64,000 bases of DNA, from positions 175,648,001 to 175,712,000 of the forward strand of contig NC_058368.1 in NCBI RefSeq assembly GCF_018350175.1, given 5' to 3'. The translations under genes and the position numbers were made by a program. Below the pieces are notes generated by a model. It ran no database searches and had not been told where the DNA came from. It saw only the letters and a program-made list of their open reading frames with translations. Positions 38,491 through 50,727 of the stretch are shown piece after piece (positions within the stretch are counted from its first letter, which is position 1; each line of letters begins with the position of its first letter). The stretch is from Felis catus (Eukaryota).

Positions 38491-39540
38491 CTCTGGAGGG
38501 AGAGACGAGGGCTCTCGAACATGAGAAGGAGACGTATTTTGAATAGCGTCGTATTCCTCCTCGAAGGTTTGAATGTGTTACATTAATGGAAGAACAATGA
38601 CGAGACCTGTCTGCTCTCAACTCTGAGCTAATGCCAGCACGGAGAGGGTGTCCTTTCCCCGAGGTTTGGTTTCCACATCTGCAGAAATGGGTGTCCTGAC
38701 GCCTGCTCTCAGGGCGGCTGCAAAGCTCCTTTGAGACATACCGTGCCGTGCCAAGTGCCACCCGTGTTTCGGTAAGCTGTGGTCACCTTGCAGGGGCAGG
38801 TGGAAGCAGCTTCAGGGACGCGCCTGGCGTGACTGAGGGCAGGGCCGGCCAGCACAGGCAGGAGACGGCCATCAGCAGCTCACACTCCGGGGCCACGGAA
38901 CCCGCAGCTGTCACAGGCGAGGCAAGGGTGGGGCTCCGCGGTGGCTCCCTGGAAAAACAGTCCAGCGGGTGACCTGCCAGCACCTGCTGCAGGAGCAAAG
39001 AGGATAGGCACGTTCGACCCAGAACCGAGGGTTCCGCCAGGAGGGGTGCCCAGCCGGTGACCACGTATGGGCACCTGAGATCCTCCAGCTGCCCGTTCAG
39101 CAGAGCACGTCCAACAGTTTGGGAAAATGTCTTTTTTCCTAAATAGCTGACAATAAAAACCAAACATGGGGACAGTCACCGTTGACGTCGACGCATACAT
39201 TTTACACCCAAGGACATAGGAACTATTGTTTCGCAGGTGGAAAAGAAGGTCAGAGAGGAGCGGTGAGATGCCCACAATCTCAGGTCTATTAATTTACACC
39301 CTGGCTGTCTGACTCCGAGTCACTGACCTGCTTGGGGGACAGGAGGGGGCACCATTTTGCATTCCCTGCCTCCCTTCTGCCACAGGGTACTCTTTGGCCA
39401 CTTCTCAGATCAGGGGCACTTCTGAAAAACACACCCTGAGTCTGAATAGCCACGTCCTTGCCTCAGAAAGAGGAGTCAGAACCTGAAATCGATTTAGTTT
39501 CCTGTGACACTGAACGTGACTTTGCCGAGTCCCTGTCAGA

Positions 39541-39682
39541 CAGGGCTGTGCCACGTAGAATACCCGGGTGAACGTCCCAGGCCAAATGTGCCACACTCAT
39601 ACTAACCAAATGCATGTTGTTTATCTGAAATGCAAATTTAATTAGCTGTCCGGTATTTTCATTTGCCGCTTCTGACACCCCT
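39541..39682. mobile_element. MER53-like hAT MITE, internally deleted
   Basis: gttgtttatctgaaatgcaaatttaattagctgtccggtatttt; flanked by cctgtcaga at 39532-39540 and 39683-39691. Confidence 0.75.
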
Positions 39683-41192
39683 CCTGTCAGAGCAAGGAGA
39701 TTAACTGTTCCCTCCGTCTTAAGGAGCTGATCTCATCCGAGAGAGTTTTGGCATTTGTGCTATCCATCTTCCTCCCTTACCAAGGGAGCTTCGAGACTGC
39801 TGAAGGCCGAGCCGGTCACTGCCCCGGACGGTTACCCGAGCCGGCCGGGAGGGACTTTTCTGGAAGCTGTTGCGCACAGGCACCATGGAGGCAAAGGGGT
39901 TGAGGGCAGAGGATCATGTAGTATGTAGCCTTTGCAGACTGGCTCCTTTCACGCAGGAGTATGCAGCTCGGCCCCTCCATGTCTTTTCATGGCTTGACAG
40001 CTCCTTTCTTTTGAGCGTTTTCCTGTTGTGTGGATGTACCACGGTGTGTTTTGTTATTCACCTCCTGGAGGACATTTTGGTTGCTTCCCAGTTTTGGCAA
40101 TTCTGCATAAAGCTGCAATACACATCCTTGTGTAGGTTTTCGCGTAGACACAGGTTTTCAACTCTTTTTGTGTAAATATCACGGAGGTGCACTGCTGCAT
40201 CATACGGGAAGAGTATGTTCAGTTTTGTTAAGAAACCACCAAACTGTTCTCTAAGGTGGCTGCACTATTTTGCATTCCCGCCAGCAATGAATGAGAGTTC
40301 CTTCTGCCCCCCATCCTTGTCCACGTTCGGTGTTGTCAGTGTCCCGGATTTTGGCCATTCTAATAGATGCGCAGCGGTATCTCGTTCTTGCTTTAATTCA
40401 CATTTCCTTGATGGTGTATGGGGTTGGAGTATCTTTTCATTTGCTTATTTGCAGTATATATATTTTTCTTTGGTGAGTTTCTGTTAAAGTCTTTGGCCCA
40501 CTGTTTAATCGGGCTCTTTGTTTTCCTACTGCTGAGGTGTCAAGGGTTCTTTGCATATTCTGAGTAACGATCTTGTATCAGATGTGTCTTCTGCAAATAT
40601 TTTCTCCCTGTCTCTGACTTGTCTCCCAATTCTTTCATTTTCCTGAGTCCAGTTTAGCAATCATTTCTTTCATGGTCCTGTCTTTGGTGTTGTATCAGAA
40701 AAGCATCACCATACCCAAGGTCATGCAGGCTTTCTCCTCTGTTGTCTTCTAGGAGTTTGATAGCTTTGAGTTTTACATTTGGGTCTGTGATTCATTCTGC
40801 ATTCATTTTTGTGAAAGGCATTAGGTCTATATCTAGATGTTTTTTTTTTTTTTTTTTTGCATGTGGATGCCCAGGTTTTAGCACCATCTTTTTGAAAACA
40901 ATCTTTCCTCCACTGTATTGTCTTTGCTCCTTTGTCAAAGATCGGTTGACTATATTTATGGGGGTCTATTTCTGGCCTCTCTATTCTGTTTCATTGATCT
41001 ATTTGTCTGTTCTTTTGCCAACACAACACTGTCTTGATGACTGTAGCTCTTTTTAGCTTTCAAGTAAGTCTTGAGGTCAGGTGGTGTCAATCCTCCAACT
41101 TTTTTCCCTTCAATATTATGTTCATATAAACTTCATCTCTTCATGGAAACTTTAAAATCTTTTTGTCCAAAAAAAAATTAAAAAAAAAAAAA

Positions 41193-41416
41193 GGAGGTGC
41201 CTGGGTGGCTCAGTCGGTTAGACGTCCGACTTGAGCTCAGGTCATGATCTCACGGTCCATGAGTTCGAGCCCTGCATTGGGCTCTGTGCTGTCAGTGCAG
41301 AGCCTGGAGCCTGCTTCCGATTCTGTGTCTCCCTCTCTCTCTGACCCTCCCCCACCCACGCTCTGTCTCTCTCTTTCAAAAAAATGAATAAATGTTAAAA
41401 AAAAAATTTTAAATAA
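41193..41416 (+). mobile_element. CAN-SINE inside L1
   Basis: ggtgcctgggtggctcagtcgg...; diverged TSD taaaatctttttgtccaa / taaaaccttttttgccaa. Confidence 0.95.
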
Positions 41417-41727
41417 ATAAAACCTTTTTTGCCAATACCCACAAAATAAATTTCTGGGATTCTGACTGGGGTTGCATTGAATCTACAGATCAAATTAGGA
41501 AGAACTAACATTTTGACAATATTGAGTTTTCCTATCAATGGATATATATTTAGCTCTTTGATTTCACTCATCGGAGTTTTGAAGTTTTCCTCATGTAAAT
41601 CTTATACATATTTTGTTAGATTTATACCCAAGTTATTTCATTTTGGGGGATGCTAATGTAAATGGTATTGTATTTTTTAACTTCAAATTTCACGTTTATT
41701 TTTAATATACAAGAAAGCAATTGACTT

Positions 41728-41932
41728 AAAAAAAACTTTTTAATGTTTATTTATTTTTGAGAGACAGTGAGCGGGGGAGGGGCAGAGAGAGAGGGAGACA
41801 CAGAATCCGAAACAGGCTCCAGGCTCTGAGCTGTCAGCACAGAGCCCGACGCGGGGCTAAACTCACAAACTGTGAGACCATGACCTGAGCCGAAGTCGGA
41901 TGCTCAACTGACTGAGCCACCCCAGGTGCCCT
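41728..41932 (-). mobile_element. CAN-SINE inside L1
   Basis: TSD gcaattgactt at 41717-41727 and 41933-41943. Confidence 0.95.
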
Positions 41933-42045
41933 GCAATTGACTTTCATACATTAACCCAGTATCCTGCAATTTTGCTGCAAGTGCTTATTAATTCCAAGAT
42001 GGATGCTCTTTCCGAAAGAGACGTTACATATTGTATGGCCTCCAA

Positions 42046-42088
42046 GGTCCCCAAACCTGGTTTGGGTCCCCAAACCTGGTTTGGGTCC
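42046..42088. repeat. Tandem duplication of a 19-bp palindromic unit
   Basis: (ggtccccaaacctggtttg)x2 + ggtcc. Confidence 0.95.
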
Positions 42089-42753
42089 TGTCCTCCGTTT
42101 GGGAGCTCAGCGGTTAAGCATCAGCTACGTGCCCCGCCATGAGCACACGGAACCCTCACATCAACACCCTGGGCCTGGCTTCATTGTGAACACTCCACAA
42201 ATGAGTAAACAGAGCTTCAAAGTGGTGAAAAACGACCCCCCAACTCACACAGCTGGGAAGGCACAGTGAAAGGATGTGAACCCAGGCTGAGCTTCCTTCT
42301 TGCTGTGAGCACAGTGCTCCCAGGGCTTATGGGAAGAATAGAGGGGGCTCCCTGAGGGTCCTGCTAGCCTGAGCACTGGGGAAGGGGCTCTCCCTTCACA
42401 GGGAGCTGGGGCCCTACCTGGGCCAAAGCAGTAGGGGATTCTAGGAGCACAAGTGAAAGTTTCAGAGTTATCTACAACAACTAAAAATATCGTGAGGCAC
42501 CAATTTTGTGCCAGGCAAGGTTGCTAAGAGACTTCATGAGCATCATTTCCTTTCACCCTCACAGCAAGCCTGTGAGGCCAGTTTGATCACGAGCTGCATT
42601 TTGAAGAGGACAGAACCAAGGCTCAAAGAAATGATGTGGGTGCCCAGGAGCACCCCATGGGACTTAAAGCCCAGGCTTCTGAGAGAAGGGAGGAGGCTAG
42701 AGAGTCAGGGGAGAGACAGTTCTGGGCTACTCTGTAGGTAAATCAGGGACTGA

Positions 42754-43234
42754 TGTGTTACAGTTTCCTATGGCTGCTGTACTAAATTACCATGAACATA
42801 GTGGCTTAAGCCAACCCACACGTATTATCTTATAGTTCTGGAGGTCAGAAATCCAAACTGGGTCTCACTGGGCTAAAGCCAAGGTAGGGGTTAGGTTGTG
42901 TGCCTTCTGGAGGCTTTAGGGAATATGTTCCCTCGCCTTTTCTAGAAGTCACCTCTATCCCTTGGCGTATGGCCCCTTTCTCCAACTCCAAAGCCAGTAG
43001 CATAGCATCGACTGATCTCTTTCTGATTCTCACCTTCTGCCTCCCTCTTCCACCTTTTAAGGACCCTTGTAGTTCACTGGGCCCACCTGGATAATGCAGG
43101 ATTGCCTCCCTATCTCAAGATCCCTAACCCTATCACATCTGTAAAATCCTGTTTGCTATGTAAAGCAACATATTCACCAGTTTCAAGAACTAGGACATGG
43201 GCACACCTTTGGAGGGAGCATTGTCTGGCTACAA
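42754..43234 (-). mobile_element. MaLR solo LTR (MLT1C/D-like)
   Basis: agtttcctatggctgctgt...ttctggaggtcagaaatcc...gggcccacctggataat. Confidence 0.88.
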
Positions 43235-43554
43235 CTTCCTTGGCCTGCTGTGGACTTTGCCTCTGTTCTGGAGGTCAGGGGTGAAGTCACTGGGCTGGAG
43301 TTGGGGGTAGGAGTGAGGCTGGACTGATGGGCAAAGGGAGACCATGAAGAGAGGTGTCCCTGAAGCGGGGCCACAGAATAGTCCTTCCTGAGGTGTGTCT
43401 GGCCAAGAGTCTGAGAAGAGCACTCTGGGTGCAACCATTCTCTGAGGAAGGGGTGATTCCCGCCCACTGAGCCATGCCAGGGGCCACACATTTGGGCACA
43501 GCCAATCACAGGAGTGTCATCCGGGTCTGCATCATTGGGTGGGAGGAGGGAGGA

Positions 43555-43912
43555 GCTCAGACACTTCCTCTTCTTCCTGAGCACACAGCTGGACTACATT
43601 TCCCAGCATCCTCTGTAGTTAGGTGTGGCCAAAAGACTGAGTCAGGCCAATGGAATGCGAGTGAGGTGATGTTGCTGACTCAGCCCCTTTAAGACTTCCC
43701 ACACACAGTCCTGCTCCTCCATGATGAGAGGAGACTCGAAAAGACCTAGCAGAAGATCCTGACAAAAGGAACTGGAGACTCTGAATGACTGCATGAAGCA
43801 GAGTCCCATCTGCCTTGAGTGGACTGCGACATGAGCCAGAAACAGACCTGTATTAGTTTAAGTCACTAAGATTTGGGGTTGTTAACACTAATGGGCCTAC
43901 CTTGACTAATAT
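43555..43912 (+). mobile_element. MaLR LTR (MLT1H/I-like)
   Basis: gactacatttcccagcatcctctgtagttaggtgtggcca...tttaagtcactaagatttgggg...tgactaata. Confidence 0.75.
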
Positions 43913-44613
43913 GCCGAATAACCACCTCATACTATAGGCATTGACTTCAATGTCACTTTGTCTTTTGGGCTGAATTCCTGGTTGTCCTATATGCCTGGCG
44001 CTGGGACAGAAAGGCAACCACAAGGCATGCCTGGGGCTTGGCCTGGATTAAGACCAGATAAAGGCAGACAGGCATTCACACTGAATACTGCACTTGGCCA
44101 TAATATCTTGGGGTCTATAGCCAAATTCCTTGAAAGGTTTACCTGGTATTTGTCGCAGGAGGGATTTCCCCAAAGGAAGCCCACAAGTCCGGTAACAGTG
44201 GCTGAACTCTGCTACCAGATGCCTTTCCTATAATCACATCCTGTGTGATGTGCTTATAAAGGCCACAGCTATCCTACAAAAACTGGCTTTTTTTGAGGCC
44301 TGTTGTATGTTGACTGCCAGAATTAATCAATCATTAATTAACGTATTTGTCCACCTAACTTTTACAGAGCTCCCTCTCTACAACAGACCCTGGGCAGGAC
44401 ACTGAGACTATAGAGAGTGATACCCTCGTACAGCCTACAGCCGAAATGGGGAATCGGGTCCAATTATAATCCAATGTGCTGAACGCTAGAATTAGAAGCG
44501 GGGGGGGCTTTTGACATGGGGCTGTGGAGCCCAGAGGAAGGACCCTAAAGCTTACCTGAGGGGTCTGATCTACAACCTTCATACCTATTCAGGCCCAAGG
44601 AGTTTCGGCCCCC

Positions 44614-45010
44614 TCATTCACTCACTCATCCATCCATTCATTCATTCATTCACCTAGACCCTTCTCCCCCATGCTGTGCCAGGCCCTGTACTAAGCCCCG
44701 GGGGGTACAACCTGGAGCAGGAGAAACCCAGTTATGGCCTCCCAGGGCTGAGCGTCTAAAAGGAGAGGCAGACCGTAAACACAGTGGCAGATGAGACCGT
44801 TCAGTGGGGACGAGTGCTGTGTAGACAGTAAAATGAGAGAGGCTAAAGGCGCAGTGTGGGTGGCATCCTTATGTGGGATGGCAGGGAAGGCCTCTGAGGA
44901 GATGAATTTACAACGTAGTCGGAGAGATGAGAAAGGGCACAGCCTGCAGGGCTGGGAAGAAGGGAGGGGTGCAGAGGGTGCCTGGGGGACCATGTGGACC
45001 AGGACGTGAG
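44614..45010 (-). mobile_element. L2 3' end with (TCAT)n tail
   Basis: tcattcattcattcac...tgtgccaggccctgtactaag. Confidence 0.75.
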
Positions 45011-45669
45011 GGGCTCCTGTGAGGCGGGAGGCACGGTCAGGCCCAGGCCCTCATGGCCCCCACCCATACCGAGGGGTTCAGAGTTCACTCCAGCAGCAGT
45101 TGTCTCCCTACCCAGGGGCCTCTTGGGAACATTCCAGCCCACAGAGAGCTGTGAGTAAAGTCAAGGCTCTCCTCGATCCGGGTGGGGCTGGGCACACGTT
45201 CCTAGTCCCTGCCGTCACTGGTTAAGGAGTGTGGCCTTCCGCAGAGGACAGCAGCCATGACCTGGTCCCCACCCTCTGTCCTTCGCCTGGGGAATGGCAT
45301 CCTCAGCGGGGCCTCTGACATTCTTTAGATCATATGTTTCTTCTCCCAGCCCCAGGCCTGGGCACCTTATGAAGCCTTTGGTGCCATAGCAGAGAAAGGC
45401 TGGGAGACCGGTGTGAGGTCCTTCAGCAGGTCCCTGGGGCAGATGGCTCTCGAATTCAGCCTTCTTCCATTTCTGGCCATAGTCCACCCTCAGTAGTCTC
45501 TCCAGGCAGGGTGTGTACTTCCTTCTACTGCTAAGCTCTTAGCCCAGCCTGGGGTTGAGTAAAGCAAAATGTGGTTTAAAAAAAAAAAAAAAAAAAAAAA
45601 AAGGCAAGGTTTTCTAAGGTTTTCTCTGACCTCTCTGTAGTTTTCTTTTATTAATGTCTTATGTTCCCT

Positions 45670-46070
45670 TTTCTGTAATCATCCATCCATCATTCCCCTG
45701 TTCTGTGTAGTCATTCATCCACTTGACTAAAGAATTACAAAGTACCCACTCTGTGATTACCAGGGAGAACAAATGGAGATCCTGTGTTCCACCAGCTCAC
45801 AGCCTCACCAAGGGGCCAGGGCGTAGTAGGGAGCAGTTATGACAGTCACCATCCAGTGTGATGGGATTGTACCAAAAGCATAACAGATCAGAGTAGGAAT
45901 ACAAAGGAGAAAACGACTAACCGCTTGGGGAGTCAGGGAAGGCTTCACAGAGGAGGTGATATTTGAGCTGGGCCTTGGAATATCAACAGGAGTCTGCGAA
46001 GCAAGTCGTCTAGGCGATTAGTGTTCCGGGTAGAGGAACTTGCCTGTGCAAAAGCACAGCCACGTGCAAG
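45670..46070 (-). mobile_element. L2 fragment
   Basis: gagtcagggaaggcttcacagaggaggtgatatttgagctgggccttg. Confidence 0.8.
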
Positions 46071-49000
46071 GCCTATTTAGGGAGGAAACAGGAAGGAACC
46101 AAGCTCAAAAATACAATAATAGCTATGATTCATTGTTCGGAGTGATGTACATCCACGCATTTGCATCCATCTAATCATCACAACGAGCTGCAGAAGTATC
46201 ATTTTCCCCATTTTATGGATGGAGAATCTGAGACTCGGAGCAGTGAAGTCACTTGCCAAAGGTACCCTCCACTCCTCTGGTTGAGGCTGAGATGTCAGGC
46301 TAAGGACAGTCATGCCCAGGCACGCCAAGGAACCCTAATTTGTTCCAGCACCTGCAAGGAGGTGACCTGGCAGTTTGATGGAGGATGTTCTAGAGTTTTC
46401 TTCTACAGCCCTTTTCCTTGTCCTCCCTGTCAGGACTGATGTCTTGGGTCCTGGCACAGCAGGAGCTTCCTCCATAATCCCCTCTTCATCCACCCACGTC
46501 TCACAGGACTTGTGTCCGCTGACCTTGAGATCGGAACGGCTGTTGAAAGAACAGCCATTGCCTCGCTTCCCAGGATGTCCCCGCGCACACCCAGGAGGCC
46601 TCATCGACAAGCAAAGACCCACAGAGGCAAGGGAGCCGGGGTTGCTGACAGGCACGTTCTCCAAAGTCAGGCAGCAGTCTAATTACAGGCCGACTGCTTA
46701 ATGACAGGTGTGCTGGCTGGGACAAGGAGGGGCTCTGGGGTAGAGGGGCCTGCAGGAGGGCTCCAGTGGGGGCCACCAGCTCAGCGTCTCGCTGGCTCCA
46801 GACCACACGCGTTGGCCCTAGAGTGGGGAAAGGGAAGATGGTAAAGAGAACTGTGCCCAGTACTGGCCATGGGCCAGGTGCTAAGCTGGGACTTTTACCT
46901 CTGCTCTCTCACGCAATCCTGCAAGCCTCTCAACTGCCTGGAGAAATAGGTATAATTCACTCCGTTTTACAGAGGAGAAAATGAAAGCTTCCAGAAGTGA
47001 AGCAGACTGCTCCAAGTCCAGACAGCTAAGAATGGTGGAATGAGGACCCCAACTTAGGTCAGGGTGAAGTCAAAAGGCTGTTTCCTTCCCAGGGGGGACA
47101 TGAAGAAACAGGTGGGTCTGTTCTAGAGCTGGGAGAGCCTGTGAGGAACAGAGGGCAACTGTGAAGAATCCGGATGGGGTTTGGCCTTGGGCTGGCTAGG
47201 GGGCAGCCCCCCATCCCCGAGTAATGAATCGGGACAGGGGCCCTAGGCATCATTCCAGATGACAGCGGAGGCTGACTGGTTTGGGGATATCAGGCTTACA
47301 GATTTGGAGCTCTTATATTTTGCCTCTTTCTTTGTTTTCTTCCTTGCTTTTCTTTGGGGGTATAAATCCCTAGGAAAGCAAACCACCCCTGCCCCCGAAC
47401 CAGGCGGTGTCTGAAGCCACCTCCCTCTGACAATCCTCTGAAAATCTCCCGAGTGGGTCTCCTCCTTGGAAGGTCCAGGTGGTTCCTCAGGAAGACAGCC
47501 ATGCTTTTTCCCTGCAGTTTCGGGCCCGTTAAGAGAGATTTCGATAGTCAGCGACTTGGCTGCATCCGTGTGGGCCAAGGAGCTATGACTAACCTCCGTG
47601 AGCAAATGCTGGGCCCCCGTGGCACGCGGCATTCCCAGCCCCTCTCAGCAGCGTCACCTGCTCCTGACTCACCGTGGGCCCTGCGGCTGCAGCTGCTGTC
47701 CTGTGCTCACACCGTGGGCCCCAAGCTCTGGCTGGAATTCGGGCCTCCACCCAGCAGGACTCTCCAGAGCATGTTCTGAGCCTGTGTGAAGGCTCACGAC
47801 AAAGCTTTCTGCTTGAGAAGTGCCCCTGCACGGCCAGACTGCCCCTTCCTATGTCCGTGATGCTCTTCTGCATATTCCTGTGACCCGGCAGGGTGGGCAA
47901 AGTTTGGAACCAATAGACTGAGTTTCGAATCCCGGCTTTGCAACTTAGCCGTAGGGCCTTGGGTATCCGATCTCACCTCCAGGGAGCATGGGTTTCCTTG
48001 CGTGTAAATTGGGGCTGATAATTGCCCCCCCCCCATTTGTCTGTAACAGTGCTGCAAAGCTGTGTAAAAGCCAGGGCTCTGGAAGATGGGGTCCTGACTG
48101 AACTCCTGGCCCCACCAGCACTGCCATCTTGGGTGCCTTCCTTGGCCTTGCTGAGCCCAAGTCTCCCATAAAACTGGAATAATGATACTATCCACTTCAC
48201 AAGGTTGTGGTGAATGTCAGGCGAGGTGATCCAAATGCCCCCCAAAGTGCTCCCTCGGCCACTCTCAGCTCTTCACTGAGCATGCTCTCAGGGCCCACCC
48301 AGACGCAAAGACCCTGAAGATGCCCAAGCTACTGACCTTTGACTCTTTTTTAGGAATAGCACCCATTCAGTCACAGGTAGTTTTCTTTCATCATCCGGGA
48401 ATCAGAAAAGATGGCATCATGTTAGAGCAAAAGAGCTCTCTTCCCCAAACGGGACAGTATCTAGGGAAACAGGCTGATGGGGTGGGGCTCTCTGTCAGTA
48501 TCGTGGATGCTGGCACTGGAGTTGAACTCACTGATGACTCTATCAATGTCTTCACCCCCTCTGGGGTGGCTGGTCAGGCAACGGCGAGCCTCCCCTTCCA
48601 CCCAGAGGGCTTGTTTAACTGTACCAGCAGATTAGCTGTAGGATGTCCCCCGGCCCCCAGAAAAACAGGACGTGGTATTGGGAGCCTGGGAGAAGGTTAG
48701 TGTTAGAAGAGACTGGAAGGGCCTCGTGTGTTCTGTTGTCAGAGGCTCGAATCATATCTTGTCAGCCCTGTGGCCGATTTGCCTCACTGTGAAGGCAGAA
48801 GCAGCTGGCATTGCCATGACAACCAGGCCGCATCAACTTCCAAATCGCCCCTGAATTTTCTGTAACAACGGCAGAGCCGCTGAAAACATGTTTGGGAAGT
48901 GAGAGCCACGAACAGAAGATTACACCCAGGAACTGCAGGGAGCTGAAAAGGAGGGGCAGTCACGTTTCCTACCTTTTTGCTTAACCAGAAGGCAGCAAGA

Positions 49001-49369
49001 AGACAAGGGCTCAACCCAAACTCAGGCGGAGGGAAAGCAATGTTACTATGGCTTACCCATGTGAAAATATAAAGAACGGGGATTACTGTTCTGTTGAAAT
49101 CACACGCGCCGTTATCTGTCGTGCCCTGGGTCAGACGGTGGAAATGAGAAGCTAAGGAGATGAGAAGAAAGATAGGACTTGGTTGTCAGTGGGATGGAAG
49201 CACCTGGAACCCAGATTGGAGAGGACTTCATGGAAGGGAGGTCTTCAGTAGATTTTCCAGATTCCCAGAGGGTTCATCAGCACTAGGTGCCTGCGTTAGG
49301 AAGACGGCTCTATGCCTATCACCTCATCTACCTCACGGAGGTCCTGGTTTCTCCTTGGCACTCCATACT

Positions 49370-49670
49370 CAGCCATATGATTAACTTTAATGTTTCAGTT
49401 AGTCACATTAATAAATGTAAGAAGGAACAGGTGAAATTAATTTTAATCATACGCTCTACTGAATCCAATCTGTGTAAAATATTATCATTTCAACATGTAA
49501 TCAATAGACAAATTGTTAATGAAGCATGTTATATTCTTTTTTCTTGCGAGGTGTTAGAATTCCGGTGCGTCTTTTATCCTGACAGCACATCTCAGTTCAG
49601 ACCAGCACGTGCCAAGTACTCAGTGGGCACGTGCCTAACACACCAGACATCGTGGTCCTAGTATTGGAAA
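49370..49670. mobile_element. MER33 (hAT-Charlie)
   Basis: aacaggtgaaattaattttaat...aaaatattatcatttcaacatgtaatcaata...acagcacatctcagttcagac. Confidence 0.85.
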
Positions 49671-49813
49671 TGGAGGTTTGGCCACGTGATATGCTTTGCC
49701 CCGCAGGTCGCCTAGTTCACGCACTTCAGAGTTTGGAATCCAATCCAAGAATGTGATCATGGGAAGCGGTTTGAATGCCGTGGGGATGGTCTTGGTAGGG
49801 AGGTCTGCTCCAC

Positions 49814-50020
49814 CTGGGTTTCCTGATGTCTCTGACATTTTGGTCAGGATGAGTCTTTGTTGTGGGAGACAATGCTGGGCATTGTAGGATGTTTTACAAC
49901 ATCCCTGGTCTCTACCCACTAGATACCATTACCATCCCCTGAATGTGACAACCAAAAATATCTCAAGACATCACCAAGATATCTCCTGGGGGGCAAACTC
50001 ATTCCCACTTGAGAACCACC
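49814..50020 (-). mobile_element. MER20
   Basis: gcattgtaggatgttttacaacatccctggtctctacccactagatacca...ttgagaaccac. Confidence 0.9.
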
Positions 50021-50727
50021 ATGGTAAAGTAAGACAGAGATGGGTGGGTGAAGGTATAGTATTGGCTTATGTAACCAAACGAGGTAAGCAAAAGGCTGGG
50101 GTAAGTCTGGGTCTCAGGGAAAAGTGGAATCTGCTACTGAAATATCACTAGACCACTCTGTCCTTATCTCTCATCATTGTTTCTCTAGCCGGGAAGACAA
50201 GAGCTCTAGGAGACAAGAGCCAGGGAAACTCTCAGGCCCCAAACTCACATGTCTTCACTTTACCACAGAGAAGGACTCTCTGCCCCTTACTTTATTTTTT
50301 ACTTCCAAATTCCCAGGGCAGGTCTCTGAAGGGCCCAACCTGGGTCACATGGTCACTCCTGGCCTGGAGGAGGGTCGGATTCCTAGGTCAGGTGGGAGGA
50401 GCAGAGGAGCAGTGGGTAAAGAGCTGGGGAGATAGAAATGGCTGTCCCCTTCAGGACAGCATGATGTCCAGGAGCCAGGATTGAGAGAGACGACTGTGTG
50501 GAGAACAATGTTACAATCACTTCCCTCCTCAGAAAACACAAGTGCAGTGGGTGACATGGAGTGGTCAGGGCCTGAAGCCCAGGATGAGACTAGTAACAGA
50601 ATACCGATCTTCTCTTCACTAAACTTTGAGCTGTTGGACATTAGGAATCTTTTTTTTTTTTTCCTTTGATATTATCCTTAACCTAGAGCAGAGCACTGGG
50701 CAGATAATAGATGTCATAGTTAATTTT

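Larger units (their letters stand above)
37335..38600 (+). mobile_element. Fragmented ancient L1ME interrupted by (TG)n, two SINEs and MER20
   Basis: ttttggagaacaatgtggcag...cagcaactccactttcaggagttcatcc...acaactcaaatgccc. Confidence 0.55.
39911..41998 (-). mobile_element. L1 (L1MB/MC-like) degenerate ORF2 3' region and UTR
   Basis: tttgcattcccgccagcaatgaatgagagttcc, tgcaaatattttctccc, gcattgaatctacagatcaaatt. Confidence 0.9.

Noticed and set aside
39870..41056. Hydrophobic ORFs resembling membrane proteins
   Set aside because: They are antisense reading of a T-rich degenerate L1
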